From contig CAWDHY010000001.1 of the NCBI GenBank assembly GCA_963802255.1, positions 491,842-555,841 of the forward strand: DNA of 64,000 nt. The letters are read 5' to 3'. Each line of letters starts with the position of its first letter. Within the stretch, counting starts at the first letter, position 1. The stretch is from Candidatus Magasanikiibacteriota bacterium. Lineage in GTDB: Bacteria; Patescibacteriota; Patescibacteriia; Magasanikbacterales; GWA2-37-8. The translations under genes and the position numbers were made by a program. Shown in pieces: positions 12,629 to 22,792 of the stretch. Under the pieces are notes generated by a model, which did no database searches, was not told where the DNA came from, and saw only the letters and a list, made by a program, of their open reading frames with translations.

Positions 12629-13297
12629 TTACTTTTTAATTACAATTACAAATTCCCCTCTTTCTTCTTTCATATTATTTATGACTTCGCTTATTGTACC
12701 GCGGTATATTGTTTCATGAATTTTAGATATTTCCCGGCAAACAATGATTTCACGTTTGGAATTCAGGACACCCTCAAGTTCCTTAAGGCATTTCATAATC
12801 CGGTGGCCTGACTCATAAAAAACAACGGTTTGCTGTTCCCGGGCTAGATCGCTGAAAAATTTTTGACGCTTATTTTTCAGCGGCGGAAAACCGAGAAAAA
12901 TAAATTTGTCTGTGGGAAATCCGGATACGGATAACGCGCAGATAGCCGCACAAGGTCCCGGAATGGGGATAATTTCCGTAATACCGGATTTAACCAAGTC
13001 GCTAATTAGCAGATTGCCCGGATCGGATATTCCCGGCGTTCCGGCATCGGTTACCAACGCCAGATTTTTGCCGTCTTTGAGTTTTTCCGATATTTCTTTA
13101 ATTTTTTTTAAATCGCTGTGCTGATGATAGCTTATCAGGGATTTTGAAATGTTGTAGTGCAGTAGCAAGTTTTTTGTAACTCTGGTGTCTTCGCATAAAA
13201 TAAAATCTACGCTTTTTAATGTTTCAAGCGCGCGGAGGGTGATGTCTCCAAGATTGCCGATAGGAGTGGCTACAATGTAGATCTTTCCCTGATTCAT
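12629..13297 (-). CDS. rsmI: 16S rRNA (cytidine1402-2'-O)-methyltransferase
   Basis: YIVATPIGNLGDIT.RA, CEDTR, DAGTPGISDPG. Confidence 0.96.
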   Translation of the reverse strand: MNQGKIYIVATPIGNLGDITLRALETLKSVDFILCEDTRVTKNLLLHYNISKSLISYHQHSDLKKIKEISEKLKDGKNLALVTDAGTPGISDPGNLLISDLVKSGITEIIPIPGPCAAICALSVSGFPTDKFIFLGFPPLKNKRQKFFSDLAREQQTVVFYESGHRIMKCLKELEGVLNSKREIIVCREISKIHETIYRGTISEVINNMKEERGEFVIVIKK

Positions 13298-13401
13298 ATT
13301 AGATACATTGTACGTCAAATTACGGCTGAAATCAAGAAAGCCGGGTTTTTATCATAGACAATTAGTTGAAATAAAAAACCCGCTGTTAAGCGGGAATTTT
13401 A

Positions 13402-13584
13402 CTACTCAAGAGTAATCGCTTGCACCGGACATCCGTCGGATGCCTGTTTAATCGTTTCTTCCGGGTCGCCTGCAGGATTCATCACCTCTGACTTTCCATC
13501 CTCGCCCATCTTAAATGTATTGGACGCTACCGCGACGCAAGCACCGCAACCGATGCATTTTTCCTTGTCTACTTTTGGTGTCAT
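13402..13584 (-). CDS. Single-cluster ferredoxin
   Basis: CIGCGAC...CPVQAI, 60 aa. Confidence 0.92.
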   Translation of the reverse strand: MTPKVDKEKCIGCGACVAVASNTFKMGEDGKSEVMNPAGDPEETIKQASDGCPVQAITLE

Positions 13585-13601
13585 AAGACAAAAATATTAA
13601 A

Positions 13602-14279
13602 TTAACCAAAATATTTTTCCCAATAATATCTGACCAGTTCCTCAATTGCTTCTCTTGATTCCGGTTTGGCTACGCCAACTTTTAATTTTTTCTGTACGTC
13701 TTCGACTGATAGTGCGCCTTCCAAAACTGCCTCCTCAATATCATGATCGGTAATGTTAAGGTCCCTGTCAATAATTTTTTTACCGGCTGTTATAACGCGC
13801 GAATGTTGTTTTGTTTTGCGGAAATAGTCATTAATGGCGGCTTGAAGAGCTTTATCCCCAAGTACCGAACAATGAATTTTTCGGTCGGGCAACCCTCCCA
13901 GACGTTTAAGAATATCGCTCGGTGTAATTAATAAGGCTTTATCAAGCGTCATTCCGCCTTTTTCTTTTATCATCTCGCTTAATACTGATGTTGAGGCAAT
14001 AGCGGAACCACAACCAAATGTACGCCAGCGGCAGTCCTTAATCTTTTCATTTTTTGGGTCAATTTTTAGCCAAAGAACCATCTCATCTCCGCAAGCCGGC
14101 GACCCGACTCTTCCCATAGCGTTGAATTTAAATTTCTTTTCTTCCTCATAGCGCATGAAATTGCGGGGATTAAAAAAATGATCCTTGACGATGTCGGAAT
14201 AAAGCCATTCACTGCCGTCTTTGGCGCGTACATCGCCTTTTCTTTTAATAACACTTTTTTTAGTCGCTTTTTTTGGCAT
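13602..14279 (-). CDS. IscU/NifU-type Fe-S scaffold with C-terminal BFD-like extension
   Basis: YSDIVKDHFFNPRN, GSPACGD, FGCGSAIAS, KIHCS. Confidence 0.9.
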   Translation of the reverse strand: MPKKATKKSVIKRKGDVRAKDGSEWLYSDIVKDHFFNPRNFMRYEEEKKFKFNAMGRVGSPACGDEMVLWLKIDPKNEKIKDCRWRTFGCGSAIASTSVLSEMIKEKGGMTLDKALLITPSDILKRLGGLPDRKIHCSVLGDKALQAAINDYFRKTKQHSRVITAGKKIIDRDLNITDHDIEEAVLEGALSVEDVQKKLKVGVAKPESREAIEELVRYYWEKYFG

Positions 14280-14282
14280 ATA

Positions 14283-15515
14283 TTATTTGAACCTAGCGTG
14301 CAATTTTTCGCTCATTTTTACCGGACTGATTTCTCGTAATTGCGCGACGATGGCCGGCAAATATTTCATTATGTAATCAATATCAGCTTTACCGTTACTT
14401 TTTCCAAAAGTAAACCTCAAACTGCCGTGCGCCATTTCGTAAGGCATGCCCATTGCGCGCAAAACATGTGAAGGTTCCAACGATTCCGAGGTGCAGGCTG
14501 ATCCGGTGGAACACATTATACCATATTCATCCAGGTATAAAAGCATTGCTTCGCCTTCAATATTCATAAAAGTAATGTTCAAATTATTCGGCAAGCGGTT
14601 CTCTCCGATTTCCGGGCCATTGATTTTAATATCAGGTATTTTTTCACTGACTTTTTTCCAGAAGTATTCTGTCAGCCGGCGTAATCTGAGAGACTCAGCT
14701 TCCCGATCCTTTTGGGCAAAATACAGCGCTCTAGAAAGACCAATAATGGCCGGTACATTTTCCGTTCCGGCCCGACGGCCTTTTTCCTGTCCACCGCCTA
14801 AAATTACCGGCTTGATTTTCACTCCTCTGCGCAAATACAACATGCCGGCTCCTTTTGGCCCGTACACCTTGCTTCCGTTTAGTGTCATTAAATCAACATG
14901 CAGTTTTTCAACATCCAAATTTAAATAGCCTGATGCCTGGCAGGCGTCGCTATGAAAATAAGGATAAGGTGTATTATTATTTTTTCGGTATTTTAAAATC
15001 TCACGCCCGATTTCGGCAATCGGCTGAATCGCGCCCATTTCGTTGTTTGCGTACATGATGGAAATTAGAATGGTGTCCGGACGAATAGCCTTGATGACAG
15101 CAGCAACATTAACGATTCCATTTTTATCAACAGGGATGTAGGTTGTTTCAAAACCATTTTTTGCTAAGTCCTCAAGCGGTTTAAGTACGGCATGATGTTC
15201 AATGCCCAAAGAAATAATATGCTTTCCCCTGTTTTTGTGTGCGTTTGCAATGCCATAAATGGCCAGATTGTCCGATTCTGAGCCACTGCCGGTAAAAATA
15301 ATATTCTCAGGTAAAGCGTGAATTAACCCGGCAATGTTTTTTCTGGCTTCAGTTATTGCTTTTTGAGCGCTTCTGCCGATGTTGTACAGGGCCGAAGGAT
15401 TACCAAATTCCTTTGTAAAATAAGGTTTCATGGAATTAAAAACACGCTCGTCCAATGGTGTCGTAGCCGCGTGGTCCAAATATATTTTTTTGATTTTTTT
15501 GGGTTTTGGCAACAT
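14283..15515 (-). CDS. iscS: Cysteine desulfurase (IscS/NifS type)
   Basis: IYLDHAATTP, GNPS, KVYGPKG, STGSACTS. Confidence 0.93.
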   Translation of the reverse strand: MLPKPKKIKKIYLDHAATTPLDERVFNSMKPYFTKEFGNPSALYNIGRSAQKAITEARKNIAGLIHALPENIIFTGSGSESDNLAIYGIANAHKNRGKHIISLGIEHHAVLKPLEDLAKNGFETTYIPVDKNGIVNVAAVIKAIRPDTILISIMYANNEMGAIQPIAEIGREILKYRKNNNTPYPYFHSDACQASGYLNLDVEKLHVDLMTLNGSKVYGPKGAGMLYLRRGVKIKPVILGGGQEKGRRAGTENVPAIIGLSRALYFAQKDREAESLRLRRLTEYFWKKVSEKIPDIKINGPEIGENRLPNNLNITFMNIEGEAMLLYLDEYGIMCSTGSACTSESLEPSHVLRAMGMPYEMAHGSLRFTFGKSNGKADIDYIMKYLPAIVAQLREISPVKMSEKLHARFK

Positions 15516-15519
15516 AAAA

Positions 15520-15921
15520 TTATAAATCGGAAAGTTTTGTCTTATCAAGAATATCACCGATTTTTTTATTCATTTTCGTCAGCTTGATTTTTAGGCTGCA
15601 TTTTTTGGTATTTCCTTTGCATTTTGCCACTCCCTTGGTACAAAGACATGGTAAAATGGCACTGTCGCCTTCAATTGACTCAATAATCTTTTTTAACGAG
15701 ATTCGTTTATCCGGAATATTTAAACAGTATCCGCCTGATACACCGGCTCCGGCCTTGATAATTCTAGCCTGACGAAGTTTTCTGGCAATTTTTTGGAGAA
15801 ATAAAAAAGAAATATCGGTATCTCTGGAAATTTCACGCAGACTGATAAATCCGGCTTTTTGTTTGGCCAGATATTTCAGCATGTGAATCGCGTAATCGGT
15901 CTCCCTTCGCATTGTCATCAT
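15520..15921 (-). CDS. Rrf2 family (IscR-like) transcriptional regulator
   Basis: ETDYAI, HTH, GGY, Cys-rich C-terminus; directly upstream of iscS. Confidence 0.9.
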   Translation of the reverse strand: MMTMRRETDYAIHMLKYLAKQKAGFISLREISRDTDISFLFLQKIARKLRQARIIKAGAGVSGGYCLNIPDKRISLKKIIESIEGDSAILPCLCTKGVAKCKGNTKKCSLKIKLTKMNKKIGDILDKTKLSDL

Positions 15922-15925
15922 ACAA

Positions 15926-16510
15926 TTATATGGGTAGCGTTAAATTAATATTTGTTTTGTTTGAATCAATATTTTTTTCAGAAAAATCAACTGCGAACGG
16001 GATTGTTTCACCGGTCAGGTTTTTGTAAAACAATTGTCTGTTATCTCTGCCAAATTCGTACAATTGTTTTGTCACATTAACATCCTGTTCGCAATATTTT
16101 TTTATTTCATCAATTTTTCCTTCGCGGTACCATTTTATCGCCTGCAAACCGTCGGCGCTCTTTTGAATATTATCAAGTGTTGCTTCAGCCAAATCGGCCA
16201 GCTTAAGACGAATGCCCAAACTCTCCTTCACTATTTTCATCAGATCTAAATGAGGAATTTTTGTCAGATCGCCCAGATAATAGTTCATAAGAATGGGTAA
16301 ATCAAAATGCTCGCTATTATACCCGATAATCCGGTCCGCCTTTTCCAGTATGGGCCACAACTTGCTCAATTCGTTTTCTGTGAAGCTTTCAAACTTATCC
16401 GTATCGTAACGGTAAATGGAAACGACCGAAATTTTAAATTTTTTCATGTCATTTTCCACTTCGGCAAAGGAATTTTGCGTTTCAATGTCAAACACTATTT
16501 CATTCTTCAT
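15926..16510 (-). CDS. RNase H-like (DEDD, YprB/MrfB-like) exonuclease-domain protein
   Basis: VFDIET, IIGYNSEHFDLP, KYCEQDV. Confidence 0.82.
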   Translation of the reverse strand: MKNEIVFDIETQNSFAEVENDMKKFKISVVSIYRYDTDKFESFTENELSKLWPILEKADRIIGYNSEHFDLPILMNYYLGDLTKIPHLDLMKIVKESLGIRLKLADLAEATLDNIQKSADGLQAIKWYREGKIDEIKKYCEQDVNVTKQLYEFGRDNRQLFYKNLTGETIPFAVDFSEKNIDSNKTNINLTLPI

Positions 16511-17649
16511 AATTTGCTTGATAAATTCATACTAATATAATATGATATTGGCGTAATTTTGTCAAGACCGCAGAAATCAACCGATTTTTCCATCTTTTCA
16601 ATAGTATTAAGGTCAGACTTTATTTTCGGGTGCTTTGCCACAAAAAGTGAACAGCAATCCTCATACGGACGGACCGAAATGCCGAACGTGCCCAAGCGCC
16701 TGGCGGTTTTAACTATATCCGATTTATTGGCACCTATTAAGGGTGTCAATTTAAGCATTTCCGTTGATTTATAAATAACATCCATGTTGTCCAGAGTTTG
16801 GGAGGCGACCTGGCCGAGCGAATCACCGGTGGCAAGAGCCAGTATTTTTTCTTTTTTTGCGATGATCTCGGACAGTTTAAACATCATCCTTCTGGAAACA
16901 ATCATGCGGGAATCGGCCGGAATTTTCATCACGATTTCTTTCTGATATGAGGCAAAAGGAACAATAATCAATTTTATCTCGGGCTGATAACCCGAAAGAT
17001 TTTTCGTCAAATCAATTATTTTTTCCGATACTTCTTCGGTTACGTCCGTTTGATTTTGAAAATGAACCAGCATTATCTCCCCTCCCCTTTTCATAATTTC
17101 ATAGGCGGCGACAGGACTGTCTATACCGCCGGATAAAAGACATAAAACTCGTCCTGAAGTTCCCGTCGGCAAGCCACCGGCACCGTCGGAAAGATTGCCA
17201 TAAATGATGGATTTTGACCGCCCGATATCCACGTGAAATACCAAATCCGGATTTTTCAGATTTACTTTTAATCCTGATTCATCAGCCATAATTTTCCCCA
17301 GTTTAATATTCAAATCTTCCGATGTGTGTTCGTAGCTTTTATCTGACCTTGAAGTAAGAATTCTGAAAGATTTATCATTTTTGCCGACAGGAATTTCCAT
17401 TAGCGCTTCGGTAATTTTTTTTATGTCACGCCGGCAAACAAGAGCCGGGGCAAACTTGGCGATGCCTGGTGTAAGTGAAAGCCTTTCTAAATCGGTATGT
17501 TCAACATTTTCCAATAACAGCCCACCCTCTACACGACGCGCCCGGATGCCCTTAAAAAGCCGGCCGATATTATCTGCCAGCTTTTTTACAAACATTCCTT
17601 TGTTATTCCCTTTGAGAAATATTTCGTCAAAGTGTACAATTACGTCCAT
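16507..17649 (-). CDS. thiI: tRNA 4-thiouridine synthase ThiI (no rhodanese domain)
   Basis: EIFLKGNN, THUMP domain, LLSGGIDSPVA, GDSLGQVASQT, YEDCC. Confidence 0.94.
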   Translation of the reverse strand: MDVIVHFDEIFLKGNNKGMFVKKLADNIGRLFKGIRARRVEGGLLLENVEHTDLERLSLTPGIAKFAPALVCRRDIKKITEALMEIPVGKNDKSFRILTSRSDKSYEHTSEDLNIKLGKIMADESGLKVNLKNPDLVFHVDIGRSKSIIYGNLSDGAGGLPTGTSGRVLCLLSGGIDSPVAAYEIMKRGGEIMLVHFQNQTDVTEEVSEKIIDLTKNLSGYQPEIKLIIVPFASYQKEIVMKIPADSRMIVSRRMMFKLSEIIAKKEKILALATGDSLGQVASQTLDNMDVIYKSTEMLKLTPLIGANKSDIVKTARRLGTFGISVRPYEDCCSLFVAKHPKIKSDLNTIEKMEKSVDFCGLDKITPISYYISMNLSSKL

Positions 17650-17655
17650 TTCAGT

Positions 17656-18897
17656 TTACATTAATTCTTTGACTATTGATTTTAATTGCACCAATTTCAC
17701 TTCAGCCTCATTTCGCTTCTTTAACTCAACGGATTTTTTTTCAAGAGTTTTTCCTGATACAATAATTCTGTAAGGAAGACCGATTAAGTCCGCGTCTGAT
17801 AATTTCTCTCCGGCTGATGCTTTGTCGCGGTCATCAAACAAAACTTCAACTCCTGATTTAAGCAATTGCTGATATATCTCATCGGCGCTTTCGCGGGTTG
17901 CGTCATCTTTTCCGATGCGCGCCAGATATACTTTGTATGGTGCGATTGCTTCCGGCCAGATAATACCTGTTTCATCGTGAAATACCTCCACTACCGCTCC
18001 CATAATTCTTGACGGTCCCATACCATAACACCCCATCGGAATTTCTTTTTCTTTTCCTTCTGCATCCGCGTATTTAAAATTAAACGCGCCTGAAAACTTA
18101 TTTTTTAATTTAAAGATATTACCCACCTCAATACCGGTTTTTTCCACCAACTTTTCCGAACCGCACTCGGGGCATGATTTTTGGTCCCCGATAATTTCCT
18201 TATTTACGGCAATATTGCATTTTTCACATAAAAATATCGTATCTTCACCGGATTCGGCTAGAGTTTGGTATTCGTGTGAATATTTGCTGAACGCCCCGCC
18301 TGACGCGTAGGTTAAGACTGTTTTTCCGCCCCCAAGCCCCAGTCGTTCAAAAATTCTGAAATATGCTTCCTTCACCACTTCGTAATAGTTATCCAGGTCC
18401 TGTTCGTCGGGATGGAATGAATACAAATCTTTCATATTGAATTCCCTTCCCCGCAGAAGTCCGGATTTTGCCCGTGGTTCATTTCTGAACTTGTTCTGTA
18501 TCTGATACACGGCGACCGGCAAATCCTGATAAGAAAAAACAAATTTTTGCGCCAAAGGAGTAACCACCTCTTCATGCGTCGGGTTAAGCACAAGCTTTGT
18601 ACCACCTTGTCCCTCAAATTTAAATAAAATATCCATCTTCGAACGTCCTGTCATCTCATAACTTTCTTCCTGCGTCATGGCAGGCATTAAAATCTCATTT
18701 GCCCCGATGGCATTCATTTCTTCACGTATAATATTCTGAATTTTTCCCAGAACACGAAGACCAAGCGGTAGATAATTGTACACGCCGGCGATTTGCTTGG
18801 AAATAAAACCTCCGCGAACCAGTAATTTAGCGTTTATGCTTTCTTCGTCTGCGGAAATTGATTTTGATGTTTTACCGAATAATTGTGATACGCGCAT
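17656..18897 (-). CDS. proS: Prolyl-tRNA synthetase (short, no editing domain)
   Basis: PTHEEV, KFRNEPR..GLLRGREF.MKD.YSF, IEVGNIFKL, GCYGMG. Confidence 0.96.
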   Translation of the reverse strand: MRVSQLFGKTSKSISADEESINAKLLVRGGFISKQIAGVYNYLPLGLRVLGKIQNIIREEMNAIGANEILMPAMTQEESYEMTGRSKMDILFKFEGQGGTKLVLNPTHEEVVTPLAQKFVFSYQDLPVAVYQIQNKFRNEPRAKSGLLRGREFNMKDLYSFHPDEQDLDNYYEVVKEAYFRIFERLGLGGGKTVLTYASGGAFSKYSHEYQTLAESGEDTIFLCEKCNIAVNKEIIGDQKSCPECGSEKLVEKTGIEVGNIFKLKNKFSGAFNFKYADAEGKEKEIPMGCYGMGPSRIMGAVVEVFHDETGIIWPEAIAPYKVYLARIGKDDATRESADEIYQQLLKSGVEVLFDDRDKASAGEKLSDADLIGLPYRIIVSGKTLEKKSVELKKRNEAEVKLVQLKSIVKELM

Positions 18898-18904
18898 AAT
18901 AATT

Positions 18905-19357
18905 CTATTCTTCTTTTAACAGTTTTCGTTTTAAAATTGTCTTATAAATATCTCTGCGCCATATCATACCGACTAGTTTTCCATTTTCAACTACCGGCAG
19001 ACGACTGACATGTTTTGCCAGCATCAACGCTCCGGCGCGAAGAACTGGATCATCAGGATGAACATAAACAAAATCACGGCTCATAAATACCTCAACTTTG
19101 TGATCCTTTATTTCATCAATCTTATTCTCCCTCTCTTCATAATCAACATACAACTCAGGATTATTGTAATAGCTTGTGTAATAGGGAAAAAGCACCCGAA
19201 AAAGGTCTTTTTCAGAAACAATGCCGACAATTCTGTCATTATCCACTATCGGCCCCCCGCTGATGTTATTTTCATCTAAAATTTTAAAAACTTGCTCATA
19301 GGTTGAGCCGCTCGGAATAGCAATGTATTCTTTGTCCATTAATTCTTTGACTTTCAT
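18905..19357 (-). CDS. CBS-domain protein
   Basis: Tandem CBS motifs (MKVKELM...GIVSEKDL; ...LPVVENGKLVG). Confidence 0.9.
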   Translation of the reverse strand: MKVKELMDKEYIAIPSGSTYEQVFKILDENNISGGPIVDNDRIVGIVSEKDLFRVLFPYYTSYYNNPELYVDYEERENKIDEIKDHKVEVFMSRDFVYVHPDDPVLRAGALMLAKHVSRLPVVENGKLVGMIWRRDIYKTILKRKLLKEE

Positions 19358-19406
19358 ATATTTTGGTTAATATTTATATTTCAATAATAACGCAAAAATA
19401 ATTTTT

Positions 19407-20177
19407 TTACAATAGGATTAGCCAAAATAACAGAGCCACAACTATTCTGTATATTCCAAATGCCACAAAAGAGTGATTCTGAACATATTTTATTAGCCAT
19501 TTAACTACAAACCATGCGACAATAAATGCTGTTACAAAACCAATTGCCAACAATAACCATTCTTGTCCGGCAAATGACGCGCCCGTTTTAAAAAGGTCTA
19601 AAAAAGTTGCCGCCAGCATGGTTGGAATTGCCAATAAAAAAGAAAATTCTACGATAGCCTTTCGCTTGATTCCCATGGACAAACCGCCGATTATTGTAGC
19701 CGCCGCGCGCGAAACACCCGGTATCATGGCGAAGCATTGGAAAAAACCGATAATAAGCGCCTGCTTGGAAGTGATTTGTTCAACTTCTTGAATGGTGGCC
19801 ACTTTTTCTTTATGAAAATATTCAAAAATTATTAACAATATGCCGCCAACCAGCAAAGACCATAGTACAATTTGAGAGTTATTGAGAAGGTATGCTTTTA
19901 TGAATTTATAGGCGAATAAGCCGATTACCGCTGCAGGCAGGAATGCGATAAAGACTGTTTTAAAAAGAATTTTTTGAGCAAAAACTCTTTTAAAATAAAA
20001 TAAAATTACGGCGCAAATGGCGCCAAGTTGTATCCCAATTTCAAAACTAGATAAAAACGCCGTTTTGGCAATTTTTAGAAGGTCGGAAACAAGAATAAGG
20101 TGGCCGGTTGATGAAATAGGTAAAAATTCCGTAATTCCTTCAACAATTCCCAAAATTAGGGCATGAAATATCGTCAT
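19407..20177 (-). CDS. uppP: Undecaprenyl-diphosphate phosphatase
   Basis: GIVEGITEFLPISSTGHL, PGVSRAAATI. Confidence 0.96.
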   Translation of the reverse strand: MTIFHALILGIVEGITEFLPISSTGHLILVSDLLKIAKTAFLSSFEIGIQLGAICAVILFYFKRVFAQKILFKTVFIAFLPAAVIGLFAYKFIKAYLLNNSQIVLWSLLVGGILLIIFEYFHKEKVATIQEVEQITSKQALIIGFFQCFAMIPGVSRAAATIIGGLSMGIKRKAIVEFSFLLAIPTMLAATFLDLFKTGASFAGQEWLLLAIGFVTAFIVAWFVVKWLIKYVQNHSFVAFGIYRIVVALLFWLILL

Positions 20178-20289
20178 ATGTGGATAATTATATCATAACA
20201 CTAAAAAATATGCACAGATATTTATGTTTTTTGCTATACCTTGCAAAATATATATGTTATAATATCACAAGTGATTACTAATAATTTTT

Positions 20290-22791
20290 ATGCAAAAAAG
20301 GAAAATTAGCTATTTTGTTATAGCAATATTTTGTTTATTTTTCATTGCCTTACCCGTAATGGCAGGTTCACCAAGCGGAAATGATTGGTTCCAATTGTTG
20401 GCCTCTCCTTACACGGGCGCTGATAATACGGGTGATGGAGGGTCTGGTTCGGGAGATGACCTCAATTATTACTATGTCGGTCAAACTTGGACGCAGGCAA
20501 TACAAATTCGATCAGACAACACTGACGCGGCAAATATTTGGCTGGAACATGACGCTCTCTATACTACTTCCTCAAATCTTCTCACCGGTACATATTTTCC
20601 CAACTGGTCAGGCCAAACTGTTAGCGTGATTTCCGGCACGAATTTCAGAATCAAATCAACGGGATATCGTACAAGTGGGGTGTCTTCAGGCCTTGGTAAT
20701 TTCGGTTCAGTACAATTTACCGCAATTCGTCCTGCTACTGCAAATTATGGCACAAGTTCTCCTGCGGTCATAAATATCAACATCGGCACTGTAGGAAATA
20801 CTACTGAATCAAACATATCGTATCTTGGAACTGATATTTTAGACGACGCAGAAGATTTTAGTTTTCAAGTATGGGCTGACACGAAAAAGCCCTATGCTTT
20901 GAATCCGTCTCCCGGAAATGGCACATCCGGTATAGATGTGGACGCGCTTTACACATTTGACCTGCGCGATTCAAAAAATGGCGAGGGCGACAACTCCGGC
21001 GTTGGCACTGGCGTAGATACAGCCACACCACCGGGAATAATCACTTTTGACGACGGTGGCGGAGCAGTAAGTTACACCTCTTTTGATTCTTACAGCTGTT
21101 CCGGTATCTGGGGAACAAATTTATGCAATGTATCAATAAACCCAACCAGTCCGTCCGGAATAGCCGGAGATTCAAGAAATTGGGAATATAATACTTCATA
21201 CACTATAAATATTGGCGGTTTTCAAGATTACGCTTCTACAAATCAAGACCAGTTAGGCGACGCGAATGGTCCGAATACAGCGGACACAAAAACCTGGACA
21301 TTTATCACAGAAGCGGATACTGTCGCTCCTCGCGTTCAATCAGAAACACCGGCCAGGGGCTCATCGGGTAATAGCGTTTCCACAAATGTTACAGTTGAAA
21401 TAGTTGATAAAAAAACATATCCTGGGAATATTTCCGGCACTGGCGTCGCGCCAAGCACATGCCGGATAAGAATATCATCCCCATCTTTTTCTGCCACTGT
21501 TTACCAGCAAGGTTCAGGCGGTGTTACGGTAACGCCAATTGATTATGGTTATAGTTTTGTCATCAATCCGGCCAGCGATTTTGCCCAAAATGAAACCGTC
21601 TCTGTTAGTGTATATGATTGTCAGGATCTGGCATCAAATACTATGGTTACAGACAATTACACTTTTTCAACCGCTGATTCTGATAGGCCTTATGTTGACA
21701 CTTTGAATCCGGCTAACGACGCGACTATTTCAGAAACAGACAATATTTCATTTCATATTAAAGACGATGGCACAGGAGTTGATATAACCAAGACCGTCGT
21801 CTATCTAAACGGCATTTATTATACCAACAGCGGTGGAGCCGGACAGGTTACGGTTAATGATACGAGAATAACCTTTGCATCCAGTTTAAATTTTAATGGC
21901 GGTAATTATGGAGGCGATACGACCGCTCGTACCGGCTCGGCAAACGATTACGCCATTACTATTGATCCGCAAGCCAATTTTGCTACCGGCGAGGCGGTGC
22001 CGATTATAATATATTCCGAAGATACCACGGGTAATCTTATGGAGAGATTTGTCTATGCCGTTGCCACAACCGGTGGAAGTTGTCCTTCAGGCTCAACATA
22101 CTGCGGGGCAAATACTTCCTGGGATGCGGGATTGCTTCAATGCACCGGAACTGGCGGAGGAGGTGGGAGCTGTGGTGGAACAGGCGGAGGAACGACTCCC
22201 CTGTCTATCAACCCGTTAAATGTTACTGCCACGCAAGTTGACGAAGATACAGTGCTCGTCGTTTGGTACACGAGCAAACCGGCAAGCGGAAGAGTGATTT
22301 ATGGGTTAAACTCCCCCGCTGAATATGGAACTTCGCCAAATTATAATTATCCTTATTCAACAGCGGAAAACAGCGAAGAGACCATCTATCATTCAATGAT
22401 GGTAAACGGGTTGTCACCGGGCCAAATTTATTATTTCAGACCGGTCAGTAAAAGCGGGAGTGAAGAATTGAGGGGTCCGGAAGTGCAAATGGCGGTTCGT
22501 TTTGGAACTGAGCAGATTACGGTTCCTTGTGAAGAAAAGACAATCACCTGTCCGACTTGCCCTGTCTGCCAGAAAACAACAGTTCCGACAACTCGCCCGC
22601 CAGCGACAACGCCCGTGACACCGGTACAGCCACCGTCAGTGATTTCACCGCCAGTGGTTGATACAATTACTAAATCACTTATTAAAATATTGAATATTCA
22701 AATTCAGGGTGCCGAACAAACAGAAACCGATAAAATTTGGATAAATGGAAGCAGTATTCCTTCAATTAAAATAAAGATGATTATATATTAG
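20290..22791 (+). CDS. Secreted surface protein: cohesin-like N-domain, Ig-like repeats, FN3-like domain, Pro/Thr linker
   Basis: Signal peptide; repeated DTxxP.V...P boundaries (ADTKKP, ADTVAP, ADSDRP); Gly/Cys spacer; FN3-like VVWYTSKPASGRVIYG...GLSPGQIYYFR. Domain names are inferred from motif resemblance. Confidence 0.75.
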   Translation: MQKRKISYFVIAIFCLFFIALPVMAGSPSGNDWFQLLASPYTGADNTGDGGSGSGDDLNYYYVGQTWTQAIQIRSDNTDAANIWLEHDALYTTSSNLLTGTYFPNWSGQTVSVISGTNFRIKSTGYRTSGVSSGLGNFGSVQFTAIRPATANYGTSSPAVININIGTVGNTTESNISYLGTDILDDAEDFSFQVWADTKKPYALNPSPGNGTSGIDVDALYTFDLRDSKNGEGDNSGVGTGVDTATPPGIITFDDGGGAVSYTSFDSYSCSGIWGTNLCNVSINPTSPSGIAGDSRNWEYNTSYTINIGGFQDYASTNQDQLGDANGPNTADTKTWTFITEADTVAPRVQSETPARGSSGNSVSTNVTVEIVDKKTYPGNISGTGVAPSTCRIRISSPSFSATVYQQGSGGVTVTPIDYGYSFVINPASDFAQNETVSVSVYDCQDLASNTMVTDNYTFSTADSDRPYVDTLNPANDATISETDNISFHIKDDGTGVDITKTVVYLNGIYYTNSGGAGQVTVNDTRITFASSLNFNGGNYGGDTTARTGSANDYAITIDPQANFATGEAVPIIIYSEDTTGNLMERFVYAVATTGGSCPSGSTYCGANTSWDAGLLQCTGTGGGGGSCGGTGGGTTPLSINPLNVTATQVDEDTVLVVWYTSKPASGRVIYGLNSPAEYGTSPNYNYPYSTAENSEETIYHSMMVNGLSPGQIYYFRPVSKSGSEELRGPEVQMAVRFGTEQITVPCEEKTITCPTCPVCQKTTVPTTRPPATTPVTPVQPPSVISPPVVDTITKSLIKILNIQIQGAEQTETDKIWINGSSIPSIKIKMIIY

Positions 22792-22792
22792 T

